In this document: positions 24,325-35,080 of the stretch, in pieces
How the letters are laid out: the number at the start of each line of letters is the position of its first letter
Numbering within the stretch: the first letter of the stretch is position 1
From: an uncultured Verrucomicrobiae bacterium
GTDB lineage: Bacteria; Verrucomicrobiota; Verrucomicrobiia; Limisphaerales; JAFGQR01
Direction: 5' to 3'
Length of the DNA: 60,513 bases
NCBI GenBank assembly: GCA_963788655.1
Contig: CAWBHS010000104.1
Coordinates: forward strand, 1 to 60,513
The notes under the pieces: model-generated
Database searches by the model: none
Seen by the model: the letters and a program-made list of their open reading frames with translations, nothing else
What the model was told of the DNA's origin: nothing
Position numbers and translations under genes: made by a program

Positions 24325-27300
24325 ATGAAAAAACTGCCGCTCTTCCTGCTGTCTCTCACCTTCGGTCTTGGTGGCCGCCTCGTTGCCGACACCTCCGTGG
24401 TCTTCAACGAAATCATGTATCACCCCGCAACCAACGAACCGGCCATGGAATGGGTCGAACTCCGCAACCAGATGGCGGTGGACGTCGATATGTCGGGCTG
24501 GTCGGTGACCGGCGGCATTGATTACCAATTCCCCTCCGGCACGGTGGTGCCCGGAGGCGGGTTCCTCGTGGTGGCGCTGTCGCCGGAAACACTGAGCATA
24601 ACGGCGGGATTGACGCAGGTGGAAGGCCCCTTTACCGGACGCCTCGCGAACAGCGGCGAGCTATTGCGACTGCGCAACAACAACGGTCGCGTGGTGGATG
24701 AAGTGAACTACGGCGTGGACGGCGAGTGGCCCGTAGCGCCGGATGGCTCGGGAGCTTCCCTCGCCAAATTGGACCGTGATGGGCCCAGCGCACCGGCTGG
24801 AAACTGGCGCGCCAGTGAGCAACTGGGGGGCACGCCCGGAGCTGACAATTTTCCTTTCTACAATAATGCCTCGCTGGAAACGAAGCTGTTCCCCATCGAC
24901 GCGGAATGGCGGTACGATGATTCCGGAACCGACTTGGGTGTTGGTTGGCGCGACGTGGACTACACCGACAGTTCCTGGTCCGCGCGCTCGTCGTTCACCA
25001 ACCGACCGGTCACCACTGTGTTCAACACCGGCGTCGGCGCCAACGGGGTCGCGCTGACCGCCGGCTCGGCCGATCCGCATTACGTCATTACCGCCGCCGC
25101 GCAAGGAGCCATCGGACGCAATGCGGTGGTCATCCTGAACCATTCAGCCTGGCTGGCCAATGATACTGCGTCGAGTTGGATTGGCGTTCAAAATCCCGGC
25201 ACCGACAACGTGAATTTCGGCGCGTACAACTACCAGACCACCTTTTCGCTGGCTGGTTTCATTCCCAGCACGGTGCAGTTGAGTCTGGCCGTCGCGGTGG
25301 ATAACGATTTGACGGATGTCCTGCTCAACGGCGCTTCCCGCGGGTTCACCTATTCGGGCTTTGCCGGCTACAGCGGACAGCTCACCTTGAACAGTGGTTT
25401 TGTGGCCGGGCAAAATACCATCGAATGCCGCACTTTCAACGCCGGCACCACCGCTAATCCGCACGGCTTTCGCGCGCTGCTCAGCGGCTCGGGCCTGGCC
25501 GCCAATCCCAATCAACCACTGGCGACTGGACATCCGACTTATTATTTCCGCAAGCCATTTGTGCTTGGGGGCGACCCGGCCTACACCCAGTTGAAACTCA
25601 GAACGCTGGTTGCCGATGGCGCCGTGTTTTATCTGAACGGCGTGGAAGTCTATCGCCAGAACATGCCGGCGGGTACCATCGGTTACAACACCCCGGCCCT
25701 CTCGGACATCAGTGCGCCGACCTACAGCAGCCTCATCCCAATCCCGACCGACAGCCTCGTCGCCGGCGCCAACGTGCTGGCCGTGGAAGTTCACCAAGCT
25801 GCCGGCAGCAGCGATCAAGCGCTGTTGGGTTTGGAACTGTATTCGACGATGCGCCCGGTTCCGCCGGTAACGCTGGCGTTCAATGAAGTGGTCGCCGCGA
25901 CGAATGCGGACTTTTGGCTCGAATTGGTGAATTACGGAACCGACCCAATTTCCCTCGACGGTTATGTCCTTTCCCTGGACGGCACGACCAACAGCGAATT
26001 TGTCTTTCCCGCGGGCCAGTCGCTCGCAGGAGGTGAATTCCTGGCGACGACCAATCTGCCGTTTAATTTGCATCCGGCCGCGGGCGACAAATTGTATCTC
26101 ATTTCGCCGACCCGCACGAACGTGCTCGATGCCGTGGTCGTAAAAAAACGTGACCGCGGTCGTTCCCCGGACGGCACGGGCCGCTGGCTGTATCCGGATC
26201 AACTCACGCCGGGCGCGGCCAACAGCTTTGCCTTCCGTCAGGAGATCGTGATCAACGAAATCATGTATCATCACCGCATCATCGCGCCGACCACCAACTC
26301 GTTCGCGAAAGATTCTCCGGAAGCCTGGATCGAGCTCTACAACCAAAGCGATCACGCCGTGGACCTGACTGGCTGGGAATTCACTGACGGCGTTAGTTAC
26401 CGGTTCAGCCCTGGCAAGGTGCTCGCGGCCGGCGGTTACCTGGTGGTGGCCGGCGACGCGGCCTATCTGCGCTCGCTCTATCCGGCAGTGGACATTGTGG
26501 GGAACTTCGGCGGTCAATTGGCGCACGGTAGCGATGCACTCGTGTTGAGTGATCCGAACGGCAATCCGGCGGACGAAGTCCATTATTACGATGGCGGCCA
26601 CTGGCCGGAATACGCCGATGGCGGTGGCTCGAGCCTGGAACTGCGCAATCCTGGAGCAGACAACTCGAAAGCCGAAGCTTGGGTCGCCAGCGATGAATCG
26701 GATAAATCGTCCTGGCAAACTTACACTTACCGCGCCGTGGCCAATTTTCCCGCGGGCACGCAGCCCACTCAGTGGAACGATTTTATTTTCGGACTGCTCG
26801 GGCCCGGGGAATGTCTGATCGACGATATTCACGTGACCGAGTCGCCCGCCGGCACACCGGTGGCCGTGGTGGCCAATGGAGATTTTGAGAGTGGCCTGAC
26901 GGGTTGGCGCTTGTTGGGCAATGAGGGGCACAGCCGTTGGGAGATTGATCCTGACAATCCCGGCAATCATGTCCTTCATCTCGTGTCCACGGGACCGCAG
27001 GAGCACATGCACAATCATGTCGAAACCACGCTGATCAACAACCGCGCCATTGCCAACGGCAAGGAATACGAAATCTCCTTCCGCGCCAAAGCGCTGGCGG
27101 GAAACAATCTGCTGAACACGCGGTTGTATTTCAATCGCGTGGCCCGCACCACCGCGTTGCCGGTGCCGGCACTCAACGGCACACCCGGCGCCCGCAATTC
27201 ACGGTACGAATCGAATATCGGCCCGACGTTCAGCCAGTTCCGGCATGAACCGGTCATTCCCCAACCCACCGAACCAGTGACCGTGTCCGTGGCCGCGAAC

Positions 27301-30300
27301 GACCCGCAAGGCGTCAATATCTGCCAGGTGTGGTGGTCAGTGAACGGGGGCGCATGGAACAATGCGCCGATGACGCAGCAAAGCTCCGGCGAATTCATTG
27401 GCTCGATTCCGGGGCAGTCCGAAGGCAACGTCGTGCAGTTTTACGTCCGGGCAACCGATGGCCTCGGGGCAGCCGCCACCTATCCGGCTGCGGGTCCGGA
27501 TTCCGGCGCGCTGTACCAAGTGGCAGATGGGCAGGCTGACTTGAGCCTCGGCCACAATTTCCGCCTCATTCTCAGCCCCGGTAACACGGCGCTGCTCCAT
27601 GCGCTGACCAATGTGATGAGCAACGATGAGCTGCCTTGCACCGTGGTGGTGGACGAGAAACGCGCTTACTACGACGTGGGAATTCGGCTCAAAGGCAGTG
27701 AACGTGGCCGTTACAGTGACATCCGCACCAGCTTCCATCTCGAATTTCCTCCGGACGACCTGTTCCGCGGCGTGCATCCGGTCATGTTGATCGACCGTTC
27801 CGGCGCCGGAGATACCACCAGCAATAAACAACTCGAAATCGTCATTAAACACATGCTCTTGCACGCCGGCAACATTCCGGGCATTCACTCGGATATTTGC
27901 CGGGTAATCGCCCCGCGAAGCATCCACACCGGACCGGCCATTTTGTCGCCACGCCATGAGGATGAATTTGTGGAGACGGCTTATGCCAACGGCGGCGACG
28001 GATCGCTGTATGAACTGGAGTTGATTTATTATCCCACCACAGCGGACGCCGCCGGCTACAAGAATCCCCAGCCGGACAACGTGCTGGGCGTGGACATCTC
28101 GGATCTGGGCGACGACAAGGAATTGTATCGCTACGACTTCATCATCAAAAACCATCGTGACGCCGACGACTACCGCCGGTTCATCACCTTTGCCAAAACC
28201 TTAGACCTCCGCGGCACCGCCCTCGACCAGGGCTCGCGGCAGGTCATGGATGTGAACGAGTGGCTGCGCGTTTGGGCGTTCGTCACGCTGTGCGGCGTCG
28301 GGGACAGCTACACGTTTGGCAACAACCACAATCTGCTCATGTACCTTCGGCCGACGGACCAACAGTTTCTGGCGTTCCCGGTGGACATGGATTTCTCTTT
28401 CAACCGCGCTACGGATTCGGCGTTGATCGGCGACATGAACCTGAGCGAAGTCATCAGGTTGCCGGCCAATCTGCGCGTCTTTTACGCGCACATTCAGGAC
28501 ATCATCGGCACCACCTACAACACGGATTACATGACGGACTGGATCCATCATTACAATGCGTTCTGTCCGGGGCAGGATTTTTCGAGCGCCATCAGTTACA
28601 TCCAAAGCCGGGGAACCTACGCATTGACCACCATCGCGAACGCCGGCGGCAACGCGCCGTTTGAAGTCAACGGCCCGTCCAGTCTGACCACCAGCAATAC
28701 TTTGGTGACCCTTACGGGCACGGCGCCGGTGCAGGTGGAAACGATCCAGGTCAATGGCGGCGCTTACCCGGTCGCCTGGACGAGCCTGTCGGCCTGGTCC
28801 ATGACCCTCCCCGTCAACGCGCCGACCAACGTGCTGGAAATTGCCGGGTATGATGTTCACGGACAGCCGCTGACCAACTTTACGCGAACGGTGACCGTGA
28901 ACTACACCGGCCCCCAACCCGATCCCGCCGGAACGGTGGTGTTCAACGAGATCATGTACAATCCCGCAAAGCCTGACGCGGCCTTTCTCGAACTGCTGAA
29001 CACCTCGCCCGATTTGAGTTTCGATTTGTCCGGCTGGCGGGTGAACGGATTGAGTTACACCTTTCCGCCCGGCAGCGTCATTACGAATGGCCAGTTCCTG
29101 GTTCTGGCCAACAATCTCCCGGCGTTCCGCGCCGCCTACGGTTCGGGAACGCCGGTGCCGTTTGGACAATTCGGGGGCAATCTCGAGAACGATGGAGAAA
29201 CACTGACGTTGCTGCGCCCAGGGGCCAATCCGGGCGAAGAAATTGAAGTGGACAAGGTCCGTTACGAAAGCGTACCGGCGTGGCCGACCATGGCCAATGG
29301 CTTCGGGCCTTCGCTTCAGCTTAAAGACCCGGCGCAGGATAACAGCCGCGTCGGCAACTGGTCGGATGGTGCCGGCTGGCGCTACTATTCCTACAGCGGT
29401 ACCATGGCGCTAACGGCCAGTCGTCTGCTGCTGTATCTGAGTGACGCCGGCGACCTGTACCTCGACAACGTCGCCCTCGTGGCGCAAACCGGTCCGAATG
29501 CCGGCAGCAATTATCTCAGCAACGGCGGTTTCGAATTGCCGTTGGCCGGTACATGGAATCCACTCGGCAATCACGCGGGCAGCGTCGCCAGCAGCGAGGT
29601 CGCTTATGAAGGCAGCTACAGCTTGCACCTCGTCGCCACCGCTGGCGGCGGCGCCTCGGGCAGTGTGCGCCAAGACTTGGTGGACGTGGACAAGACCAAT
29701 GTTTACACCCTGAGTTTCTATTACCTCCCGATGCCCAGTTCCGCGGGGATCTTATATCACGTCACCAGCATCTATCGGCTTTCCACGCCGTTGGATGTTC
29801 AACCGGTAATCGCCACCCCTGGCCAGGCCAACAGCACCGAAGAAACCCTGCCACCGTTCCCCCCGCTCTGGCTGAACGAAGTCGAACCGGAGAATCCCTC
29901 CGGGCTGACGGACAACCAAGGAGAACACGAACCGTGGATCGAACTGTATAACGCCGGTCCCAACCCAATGGACCTCACCGGTTTCTACCTGGCTGACAAC
30001 TACAGCAACATTGGCCAATGGAACTTCCCCGCCGGCAGCGCAGTGGAGCCGGGCGAATTCAAAGTGGTATTCGCGGATGGTCAACCCGGCCAAAGCACCG
30101 CCACCGAGTGGCACACCAATTTCCGTCTCAATGCCACCAACGGCACTGTGGTCCTCGCCTGGTCACCCGGCGGTTCGGCGCAAGTACTCGATTATTTGAA
30201 TTACACCAACATTGCGGCGGGCCGCAGTTATGGCCCCTACCCGGACGGCCAGGCCTTCACGCGCGAAACGTTCTTTCACGTCACTCCGGCGGGAACCAAT

Positions 30301-31284
30301 GACCTATCCGCTCCGCCGCTCCAAGTGCGTCTCAACGAATGGATGGCCCGCAACAACCACACCTTGCTAAACACGAATAACAACAACCAGTATGACGATT
30401 GGTTTGAACTGTACAATCCCGGTGATGCCTCGGTCACGCTCGGAGGCTATTTCCTGACGGACAATCTGCTGGACCCGTTCCAATCGCCAATTCCGCCGGG
30501 CTACACCATCCCCCCGCAGGGCTACTTCTTGGTGTGGGCGGACAACAGCCCGAACCTCAACACCAATACTGATCCCGACTTGCACGTGAATTTCCGGCTC
30601 GACCAGGCCGGCGAGCAAATCGGCTTGTTTGGTCCGGACGGAACGCCGGTTGACACGGTGGTCTTCGAACCGCAATACAGCGACCTCAGCCAGGGCCGAT
30701 CTCCGGATGGGAGCGATGCTTTTTACTATCTGGCGACGCCGACACCGCGCGAACCGAACAGTTCCTGGGCCAATCGTTATCCGGTGATCGAGGCCATCCC
30801 GGAGCAAACCGTTTTCGCCGGCGAACCGTTTAGCTTCAACGTCCCGGCCACCGACCCCGATGCGCCGGCACAAACGCTGGCCTTTGCGCTCGCCGTAGGT
30901 TATCCCGCAGGAGCCGCAGTCGATCCGGTGAGCGGCGTATTCTCCTGGACACCTCCCATCAAACAGCCCTCCGGCACCAACCAGATTACCGTGTGGGTGA
31001 CGGACAATGGCACGCCGCCGCTGAGTGCCATGGGGTCGTTCACGCTGGTGGTCACGACCGGCCTCCGGGTGAGCCATTTCGAACGCGGCACCGGTGGCGA
31101 ATTCTCACTGACCTTCGGCACCGTTCCGGGGAAGACCTACCAGGTGGAATACAAAGATGATTTGTCCGCCCCGGACTGGACGCCGCTGGGCGCGAGCACC
31201 AACGCATTGTCCGGCGAGATCACCATTTCGGACGCGCCCGGCGCCGCGCCTCAGCGCTTCTACCGGGTCGTGCAAATGGAATAA
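24325..31284 (+). CDS. Giant secreted protein: six lamin-tail domains, CotH-like kinase, carbohydrate-binding-like and Ig-like modules
   Basis: Signal peptide MKKLPLFLLSL, six NE-motif LTD starts (e.g. VFNEIMYHP...EWVEL), GIRLKGS...VDMDFSF CotH-type core, ATDPD Ig-like repeat, terminal FYRV. Intact ~2,320-codon frame. Confidence 0.88.
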   Translation: MKKLPLFLLSLTFGLGGRLVADTSVVFNEIMYHPATNEPAMEWVELRNQMAVDVDMSGWSVTGGIDYQFPSGTVVPGGGFLVVALSPETLSITAGLTQVEGPFTGRLANSGELLRLRNNNGRVVDEVNYGVDGEWPVAPDGSGASLAKLDRDGPSAPAGNWRASEQLGGTPGADNFPFYNNASLETKLFPIDAEWRYDDSGTDLGVGWRDVDYTDSSWSARSSFTNRPVTTVFNTGVGANGVALTAGSADPHYVITAAAQGAIGRNAVVILNHSAWLANDTASSWIGVQNPGTDNVNFGAYNYQTTFSLAGFIPSTVQLSLAVAVDNDLTDVLLNGASRGFTYSGFAGYSGQLTLNSGFVAGQNTIECRTFNAGTTANPHGFRALLSGSGLAANPNQPLATGHPTYYFRKPFVLGGDPAYTQLKLRTLVADGAVFYLNGVEVYRQNMPAGTIGYNTPALSDISAPTYSSLIPIPTDSLVAGANVLAVEVHQAAGSSDQALLGLELYSTMRPVPPVTLAFNEVVAATNADFWLELVNYGTDPISLDGYVLSLDGTTNSEFVFPAGQSLAGGEFLATTNLPFNLHPAAGDKLYLISPTRTNVLDAVVVKKRDRGRSPDGTGRWLYPDQLTPGAANSFAFRQEIVINEIMYHHRIIAPTTNSFAKDSPEAWIELYNQSDHAVDLTGWEFTDGVSYRFSPGKVLAAGGYLVVAGDAAYLRSLYPAVDIVGNFGGQLAHGSDALVLSDPNGNPADEVHYYDGGHWPEYADGGGSSLELRNPGADNSKAEAWVASDESDKSSWQTYTYRAVANFPAGTQPTQWNDFIFGLLGPGECLIDDIHVTESPAGTPVAVVANGDFESGLTGWRLLGNEGHSRWEIDPDNPGNHVLHLVSTGPQEHMHNHVETTLINNRAIANGKEYEISFRAKALAGNNLLNTRLYFNRVARTTALPVPALNGTPGARNSRYESNIGPTFSQFRHEPVIPQPTEPVTVSVAANDPQGVNICQVWWSVNGGAWNNAPMTQQSSGEFIGSIPGQSEGNVVQFYVRATDGLGAAATYPAAGPDSGALYQVADGQADLSLGHNFRLILSPGNTALLHALTNVMSNDELPCTVVVDEKRAYYDVGIRLKGSERGRYSDIRTSFHLEFPPDDLFRGVHPVMLIDRSGAGDTTSNKQLEIVIKHMLLHAGNIPGIHSDICRVIAPRSIHTGPAILSPRHEDEFVETAYANGGDGSLYELELIYYPTTADAAGYKNPQPDNVLGVDISDLGDDKELYRYDFIIKNHRDADDYRRFITFAKTLDLRGTALDQGSRQVMDVNEWLRVWAFVTLCGVGDSYTFGNNHNLLMYLRPTDQQFLAFPVDMDFSFNRATDSALIGDMNLSEVIRLPANLRVFYAHIQDIIGTTYNTDYMTDWIHHYNAFCPGQDFSSAISYIQSRGTYALTTIANAGGNAPFEVNGPSSLTTSNTLVTLTGTAPVQVETIQVNGGAYPVAWTSLSAWSMTLPVNAPTNVLEIAGYDVHGQPLTNFTRTVTVNYTGPQPDPAGTVVFNEIMYNPAKPDAAFLELLNTSPDLSFDLSGWRVNGLSYTFPPGSVITNGQFLVLANNLPAFRAAYGSGTPVPFGQFGGNLENDGETLTLLRPGANPGEEIEVDKVRYESVPAWPTMANGFGPSLQLKDPAQDNSRVGNWSDGAGWRYYSYSGTMALTASRLLLYLSDAGDLYLDNVALVAQTGPNAGSNYLSNGGFELPLAGTWNPLGNHAGSVASSEVAYEGSYSLHLVATAGGGASGSVRQDLVDVDKTNVYTLSFYYLPMPSSAGILYHVTSIYRLSTPLDVQPVIATPGQANSTEETLPPFPPLWLNEVEPENPSGLTDNQGEHEPWIELYNAGPNPMDLTGFYLADNYSNIGQWNFPAGSAVEPGEFKVVFADGQPGQSTATEWHTNFRLNATNGTVVLAWSPGGSAQVLDYLNYTNIAAGRSYGPYPDGQAFTRETFFHVTPAGTNDLSAPPLQVRLNEWMARNNHTLLNTNNNNQYDDWFELYNPGDASVTLGGYFLTDNLLDPFQSPIPPGYTIPPQGYFLVWADNSPNLNTNTDPDLHVNFRLDQAGEQIGLFGPDGTPVDTVVFEPQYSDLSQGRSPDGSDAFYYLATPTPREPNSSWANRYPVIEAIPEQTVFAGEPFSFNVPATDPDAPAQTLAFALAVGYPAGAAVDPVSGVFSWTPPIKQPSGTNQITVWVTDNGTPPLSAMGSFTLVVTTGLRVSHFERGTGGEFSLTFGTVPGKTYQVEYKDDLSAPDWTPLGASTNALSGEITISDAPGAAPQRFYRVVQME

Positions 31285-31292
31285 CGTCGCGG

Positions 31293-31664
31293 TCAGTTGA
31301 TGAATCGAATGCTAAGCGGATAGCGATAGTGAATTCCATCACTCGCCTTGATGGCGGCAATGATGGGAAACACTGTCGCCAGGACACCAATGGCGATGAG
31401 CAACACAAAGCCAACGACGACGAACAGCAAGGGTATGCAAACCAACGCCGCCAAGAGCATGGTGATTTGGAAATTAACCGCTTCCTTGCCCTGTTCATTC
31501 ACGAAGGGGTAGTCCTCCTTCTTGATGAGCCAGATGATCAGCGGAGCAATGAGAAATCCGATCCCGTTGCCCAGCAGGCCGACCAGCGCACTCAAATGAC
31601 AGAACATGGCCCATTGTCGGGCTTGACGGTCGTTGTTGATTGGGGGAGGCAGGTTGTCAGTCAT
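31293..31664 (-). CDS. DUF4870 membrane protein
   Basis: WAMFCHLS, PLIIWLIKK, GKEAVNFQIT, YRYPLSIRF. Confidence 0.88.
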   Translation of the reverse strand: MTDNLPPPINNDRQARQWAMFCHLSALVGLLGNGIGFLIAPLIIWLIKKEDYPFVNEQGKEAVNFQITMLLAALVCIPLLFVVVGFVLLIAIGVLATVFPIIAAIKASDGIHYRYPLSIRFIN

Positions 31665-31686
31665 GGCAATTGCTACAGTTGAGAAT

Positions 31687-32811
31687 TCAGTTGTTCTCCC
31701 GGATGGCTTTAAACAAAGTATGAAAGCAATGAGCTGATTCGGAGGCCGAATCCTTGCCCGGCGCGGGTCCGTTATGCTGGGCTTCGCATGCTTTGCGGAA
31801 CGCCGTGAAACCGCACCACGTCGTTTGCACCAAACCCAGCGCCCGAGCTGCGACCGTCTTGTCCGCGTCGGCGCGGATGCTGCGGATCTGTTCCAATTGA
31901 GCCAGGGCGACGTTGGGTTTGCGCCACGGGCAGGAAACCACGGCGAAACCCTTGTTCGCGAAGGTCCGCGCGGTTTTCGGAGCCCCCTCGTAGTGCCAGT
32001 CGCACATTACAATATCCTTCGGCACGCGGTCAATGGCGGACGGCGTGCCATTCTCGCTGGCCTCCCATTTGCCAATGCCGGTGGCCTTCCCATCGATGAA
32101 GCGGTCGCCCCACATCCACATCCGGCAACCGATCTTCTTCAAGTGCGCCTGCAGGGTGGTGACTTCGCCGGCGAACAACTCGGCCGGATCCTTCCCGTGG
32201 CAACGCGGGCAGTCCCGATCGGCCAGGATAAAGACTTCGTCCATGCCGACGTGAAACGCTTTGGCGTCGCAGACCTTGGCCAGCTCGTCGATCAAGTCGA
32301 ACAACACGCCATGGACTTCCGGGTGGAGCGGACAATAACTGCGACAATAGATGCCTTGGTTTTCCGGATATTTGCCCGGCGTTTCGTCAAACTCCGGATG
32401 CTTCTGCAATAAGCGATCAGTGCGCTTCGCCCACGATTGGTGGCCCAGGCAGTTGATTTGCGGAATCAATTGGATGCCTTTCTCCCGGCAAGCCTTGACG
32501 ATTTGCTGCACGTCGGCTTTGCCCAAAGCGGAGGGATTGGCAAACTCGGGCCGCGATTGAAAATCGAAGTTGTAATCAAACTCCAGGATCAAGGTGTTCA
32601 CTCCCTCTTTGGCCAAAGTGTCCCGGATGAACTCGATCGCCGCCGGCAAATCCCTTTTGGAGGGTGCGGCCAAATGAATCCCTCGGACGGGAAGCGAGCG
32701 ACCCAATGACGGCTCTTGTGCTTGACCGCAGAAGGACAGCAGCCCCGACGCAATGCAAACGCAAAGAGAAAATCGAAGGGGAATGCTCCATCCACGAATC
32801 AAAGCCTCCAT
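31687..32811 (-). CDS. Family 20 glycoside hydrolase-like protein
   Basis: LIPQINCLGH, FHVGMDEV, MWGD, DWHY. Start uncertain (32811 or 32859). Confidence 0.82.
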   Translation of the reverse strand: MEALIRGWSIPLRFSLCVCIASGLLSFCGQAQEPSLGRSLPVRGIHLAAPSKRDLPAAIEFIRDTLAKEGVNTLILEFDYNFDFQSRPEFANPSALGKADVQQIVKACREKGIQLIPQINCLGHQSWAKRTDRLLQKHPEFDETPGKYPENQGIYCRSYCPLHPEVHGVLFDLIDELAKVCDAKAFHVGMDEVFILADRDCPRCHGKDPAELFAGEVTTLQAHLKKIGCRMWMWGDRFIDGKATGIGKWEASENGTPSAIDRVPKDIVMCDWHYEGAPKTARTFANKGFAVVSCPWRKPNVALAQLEQIRSIRADADKTVAARALGLVQTTWCGFTAFRKACEAQHNGPAPGKDSASESAHCFHTLFKAIRENN

Positions 32812-32900
32812 TGATCCGCACTGAGCCGAATGCATTAGCTTGGTCATGGTCATGGACAACGCTGATAGGCTGATTCCACGCGGATGTCAACTTCAGGAAC

Positions 32901-32973
32901 GTGGCGGCGCCTCGGCAAAGCGCCGCCGAGTTGAAAGGATTGATTCTGCGGCGTTCGGCCGAGCCGCCGCTAC
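32901..32973. repeat. REP-like inverted pair (family C)
   Basis: GTGGCGGCGCCTCGGCAAAGCGCCGC ... GCGGCGTTCGGCCGAGCCGCCGCTAC. Confidence 0.65.
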
Positions 32974-33071
32974 GGTTGGACGTTCAATGTTCGAAAGTCG
33001 CCGTTGCCCCACTACTGTCGCGACCGAGATGACTTGACTTGATCCGTCGGCTTCAGGCAAGTGATTGCTTT

Positions 33072-33824
33072 ATGAAAAACCAATTTCTCGCAGCCGTCGG
33101 TGTGCTGATCTTGAGCGCCGGCGTGGCCTTTACTCAGGAAACTATGCCCAGACAAACCGCCCACTCCTTCAAGCAACAAATCCAAAAGAGCGTCGCCGCC
33201 AATTACTTGCTGTATTTGCCCGAGGGCTATGATGCGCAAGGCAGCCAGCGCTGGCCATTGATGCTCTTCTTGCACGGCATGGGCGAACGCGGCAGCAACC
33301 TGCAAAAGGTCAAGGTCCATGGACCGCCCAAGCTGATCGCCCACGGCACCAACTTTCCTTTCCTCGTGGTGTCTCCCCAATGTCCGCTGGGCACGTGGTG
33401 GTCCACGGACGTGCTTGAAGCGCTGCTCGACGAGGTGACTGCCAATTACCAAGTGGACACCAACCGGGTGTATCTGACGGGCCTGAGCATGGGCGGATTT
33501 GGCTCGTTTGCCTTGGCGTTGCACGCGCCGGAACGCTTCGCGGCCGTGGCGCCCATTTGCGGTGGCGGCAATCCATTCCCTCCGCACGGTTTCGATACCA
33601 AACGAATGGCCGCGTTGAAGTCACTACCCTTCTGGGTATTTCACGGCGGCAGCGATCCCGTGGTGTCGGTGGCCGAATCGGAACGGATGGTCCAAGCCCT
33701 GAAGCGATTCGGCTGTGAGGTCAAGTTCACCGTCTATCCGGGCGTCGGCCACGACGCGTGGACGCAGACGTATGATAATCCGGAACTCTACACCTGGCTT
33801 CTGGCACACGTGCGGAAGCCTTAG
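33072..33824 (+). CDS. Secreted alpha/beta hydrolase (phospholipase/carboxylesterase-like)
   Basis: FLHGMGERG, GLSMGG nucleophile elbow, FHGGSDPVV, GHDAW. Confidence 0.9.
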   Translation: MKNQFLAAVGVLILSAGVAFTQETMPRQTAHSFKQQIQKSVAANYLLYLPEGYDAQGSQRWPLMLFLHGMGERGSNLQKVKVHGPPKLIAHGTNFPFLVVSPQCPLGTWWSTDVLEALLDEVTANYQVDTNRVYLTGLSMGGFGSFALALHAPERFAAVAPICGGGNPFPPHGFDTKRMAALKSLPFWVFHGGSDPVVSVAESERMVQALKRFGCEVKFTVYPGVGHDAWTQTYDNPELYTWLLAHVRKP

Positions 33825-33837
33825 CCGTGACTATTCA

Positions 33838-33969
33838 GTAGGACAGGCCTCCCGCCGTCTCGAACGAGTGCCAACCATCGATTTGCACCGCGGCGTAGGA
33901 AGTCTCTCCGGGTCACCAACAGGGGAGGATGTGCTTGGCTATTCGAGACAGGCGAGACGCCTGTCCTCC
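33838..33969. repeat. Inverted pair of REP-like palindromes (family A)
   Basis: GTAGGACAGGCCTCCCGCCGTCTC (33838-33861) and GAGACAGGCGAGACGCCTGTCCTCC (33945-33969), between convergent genes. Confidence 0.8.
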
Positions 33970-34114
33970 CACGCCGAACTGCCTCATCGTCGCACCAGCC
34001 ACTGAATTGATGGCTTAGCCGTTTGTGCAATTAAAGATCGGGCGCTGCCAACCACTGCGGCCGGGGCGGGCGCACTGCCAATTTCCAACTGAGTCGCTAC
34101 CGCTTTCCGATTAC

Positions 34115-35080
34115 TTAATCCAAACCGCAAGCTGCTTTGGCGCGTTTCAATACGGCTTGCGCCGTGGCGCGGGCCCGGGCGGCACCATCGTCAAGCACCT
34201 GATTCACATAATCTAGATTGCCCGCCAATTCGGCGCGTTTGGTCCGCGCGGCGGCGAAGAAATTCCAATAGTGCTCGAACAGGGCCTTCTTCAAGTCACC
34301 GTAGCCCAAGCCGCCGGCGCACAGGCGATCCTCGAAATCTTTGGCCACGTTCTCCGGCGCCACCAGCTTCAATAATTGGATGGCGAGGTTTTGGTCCGCA
34401 TCCGGCTTGGTTTCCTCGGGCGTGCGACTGTCCATCACGATGCTCATGATCTTTTTGCGGAGCGGTTTCTCTTCCCCAAAAATGTCGATGGCGTTGCCGT
34501 AGCTCTTGCTCATTTTTTCGCCGTCGGTGCCCGGTACCACCGCGACTTCCTCGCGGATTTGCGGCTCCGGGATGACCAACGTTTCGCCGTACGTTTCGTT
34601 GAACTTGATGGCAATGTCGCGCGTGACTTCGACGTGTTGTTTCTGGTCGCGGCCGACAGGCACAATATTCGAGTCGTAGATCAGAATATCGGCCGCCATC
34701 AGAACCGGGTAAGCGAACAAGCCGTGGTTCACCGGAATGCCCTTCGCCGTCTTGTCCTTGTAACTGTGACAACGTTCGAGCAGTCCCATCGGGGTGACCG
34801 TTGAAAGCAGCCAGGTAAGTTCGGTTACTTCGGGAACATCCGATTGCCGGAAGAAGATCGACTTTTGTGGATCCAGTCCGCAGGCCAGGAAATCCAGCGC
34901 CACGTCCAGGGTGTTCCGGCGGCGTTCCGCTGCGTCGAACAACGAGGTCATCGAATGGTAGTTGGCGATAAACAAATACGCCTCGCCGCGCTCCTGCAAT
35001 TCGAGCGCCGGCTTCATCATCCCAAAATAATTCCCCAGGTGCAGCGCCCCGGAAGGTTGTATGCCGGACAAAATTCGCAT
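34115..35080 (-). CDS. trpS: Tryptophan--tRNA ligase
   Basis: MRILSGIQPSGALHLGNYFG, YPVLMAADIL, VPVGRDQKQH, KMSKS. Confidence 0.97.
   Translation of the reverse strand: MRILSGIQPSGALHLGNYFGMMKPALELQERGEAYLFIANYHSMTSLFDAAERRRNTLDVALDFLACGLDPQKSIFFRQSDVPEVTELTWLLSTVTPMGLLERCHSYKDKTAKGIPVNHGLFAYPVLMAADILIYDSNIVPVGRDQKQHVEVTRDIAIKFNETYGETLVIPEPQIREEVAVVPGTDGEKMSKSYGNAIDIFGEEKPLRKKIMSIVMDSRTPEETKPDADQNLAIQLLKLVAPENVAKDFEDRLCAGGLGYGDLKKALFEHYWNFFAAARTKRAELAGNLDYVNQVLDDGAARARATAQAVLKRAKAACGLD

Noticed and set aside
25144..27018. Long antisense ORFs (this one, 47306-48691, 43487-44779 and similar)
   Set aside because: They are shadows of well-supported genes on the opposite strand in GC-rich DNA.
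32975..33000. Short GTTGGAC-GTTCAAT-GTTCGAA heptamer-like run as another cassette arm
   Set aside because: Only three degenerate units, with no partner arm or cargo gene.
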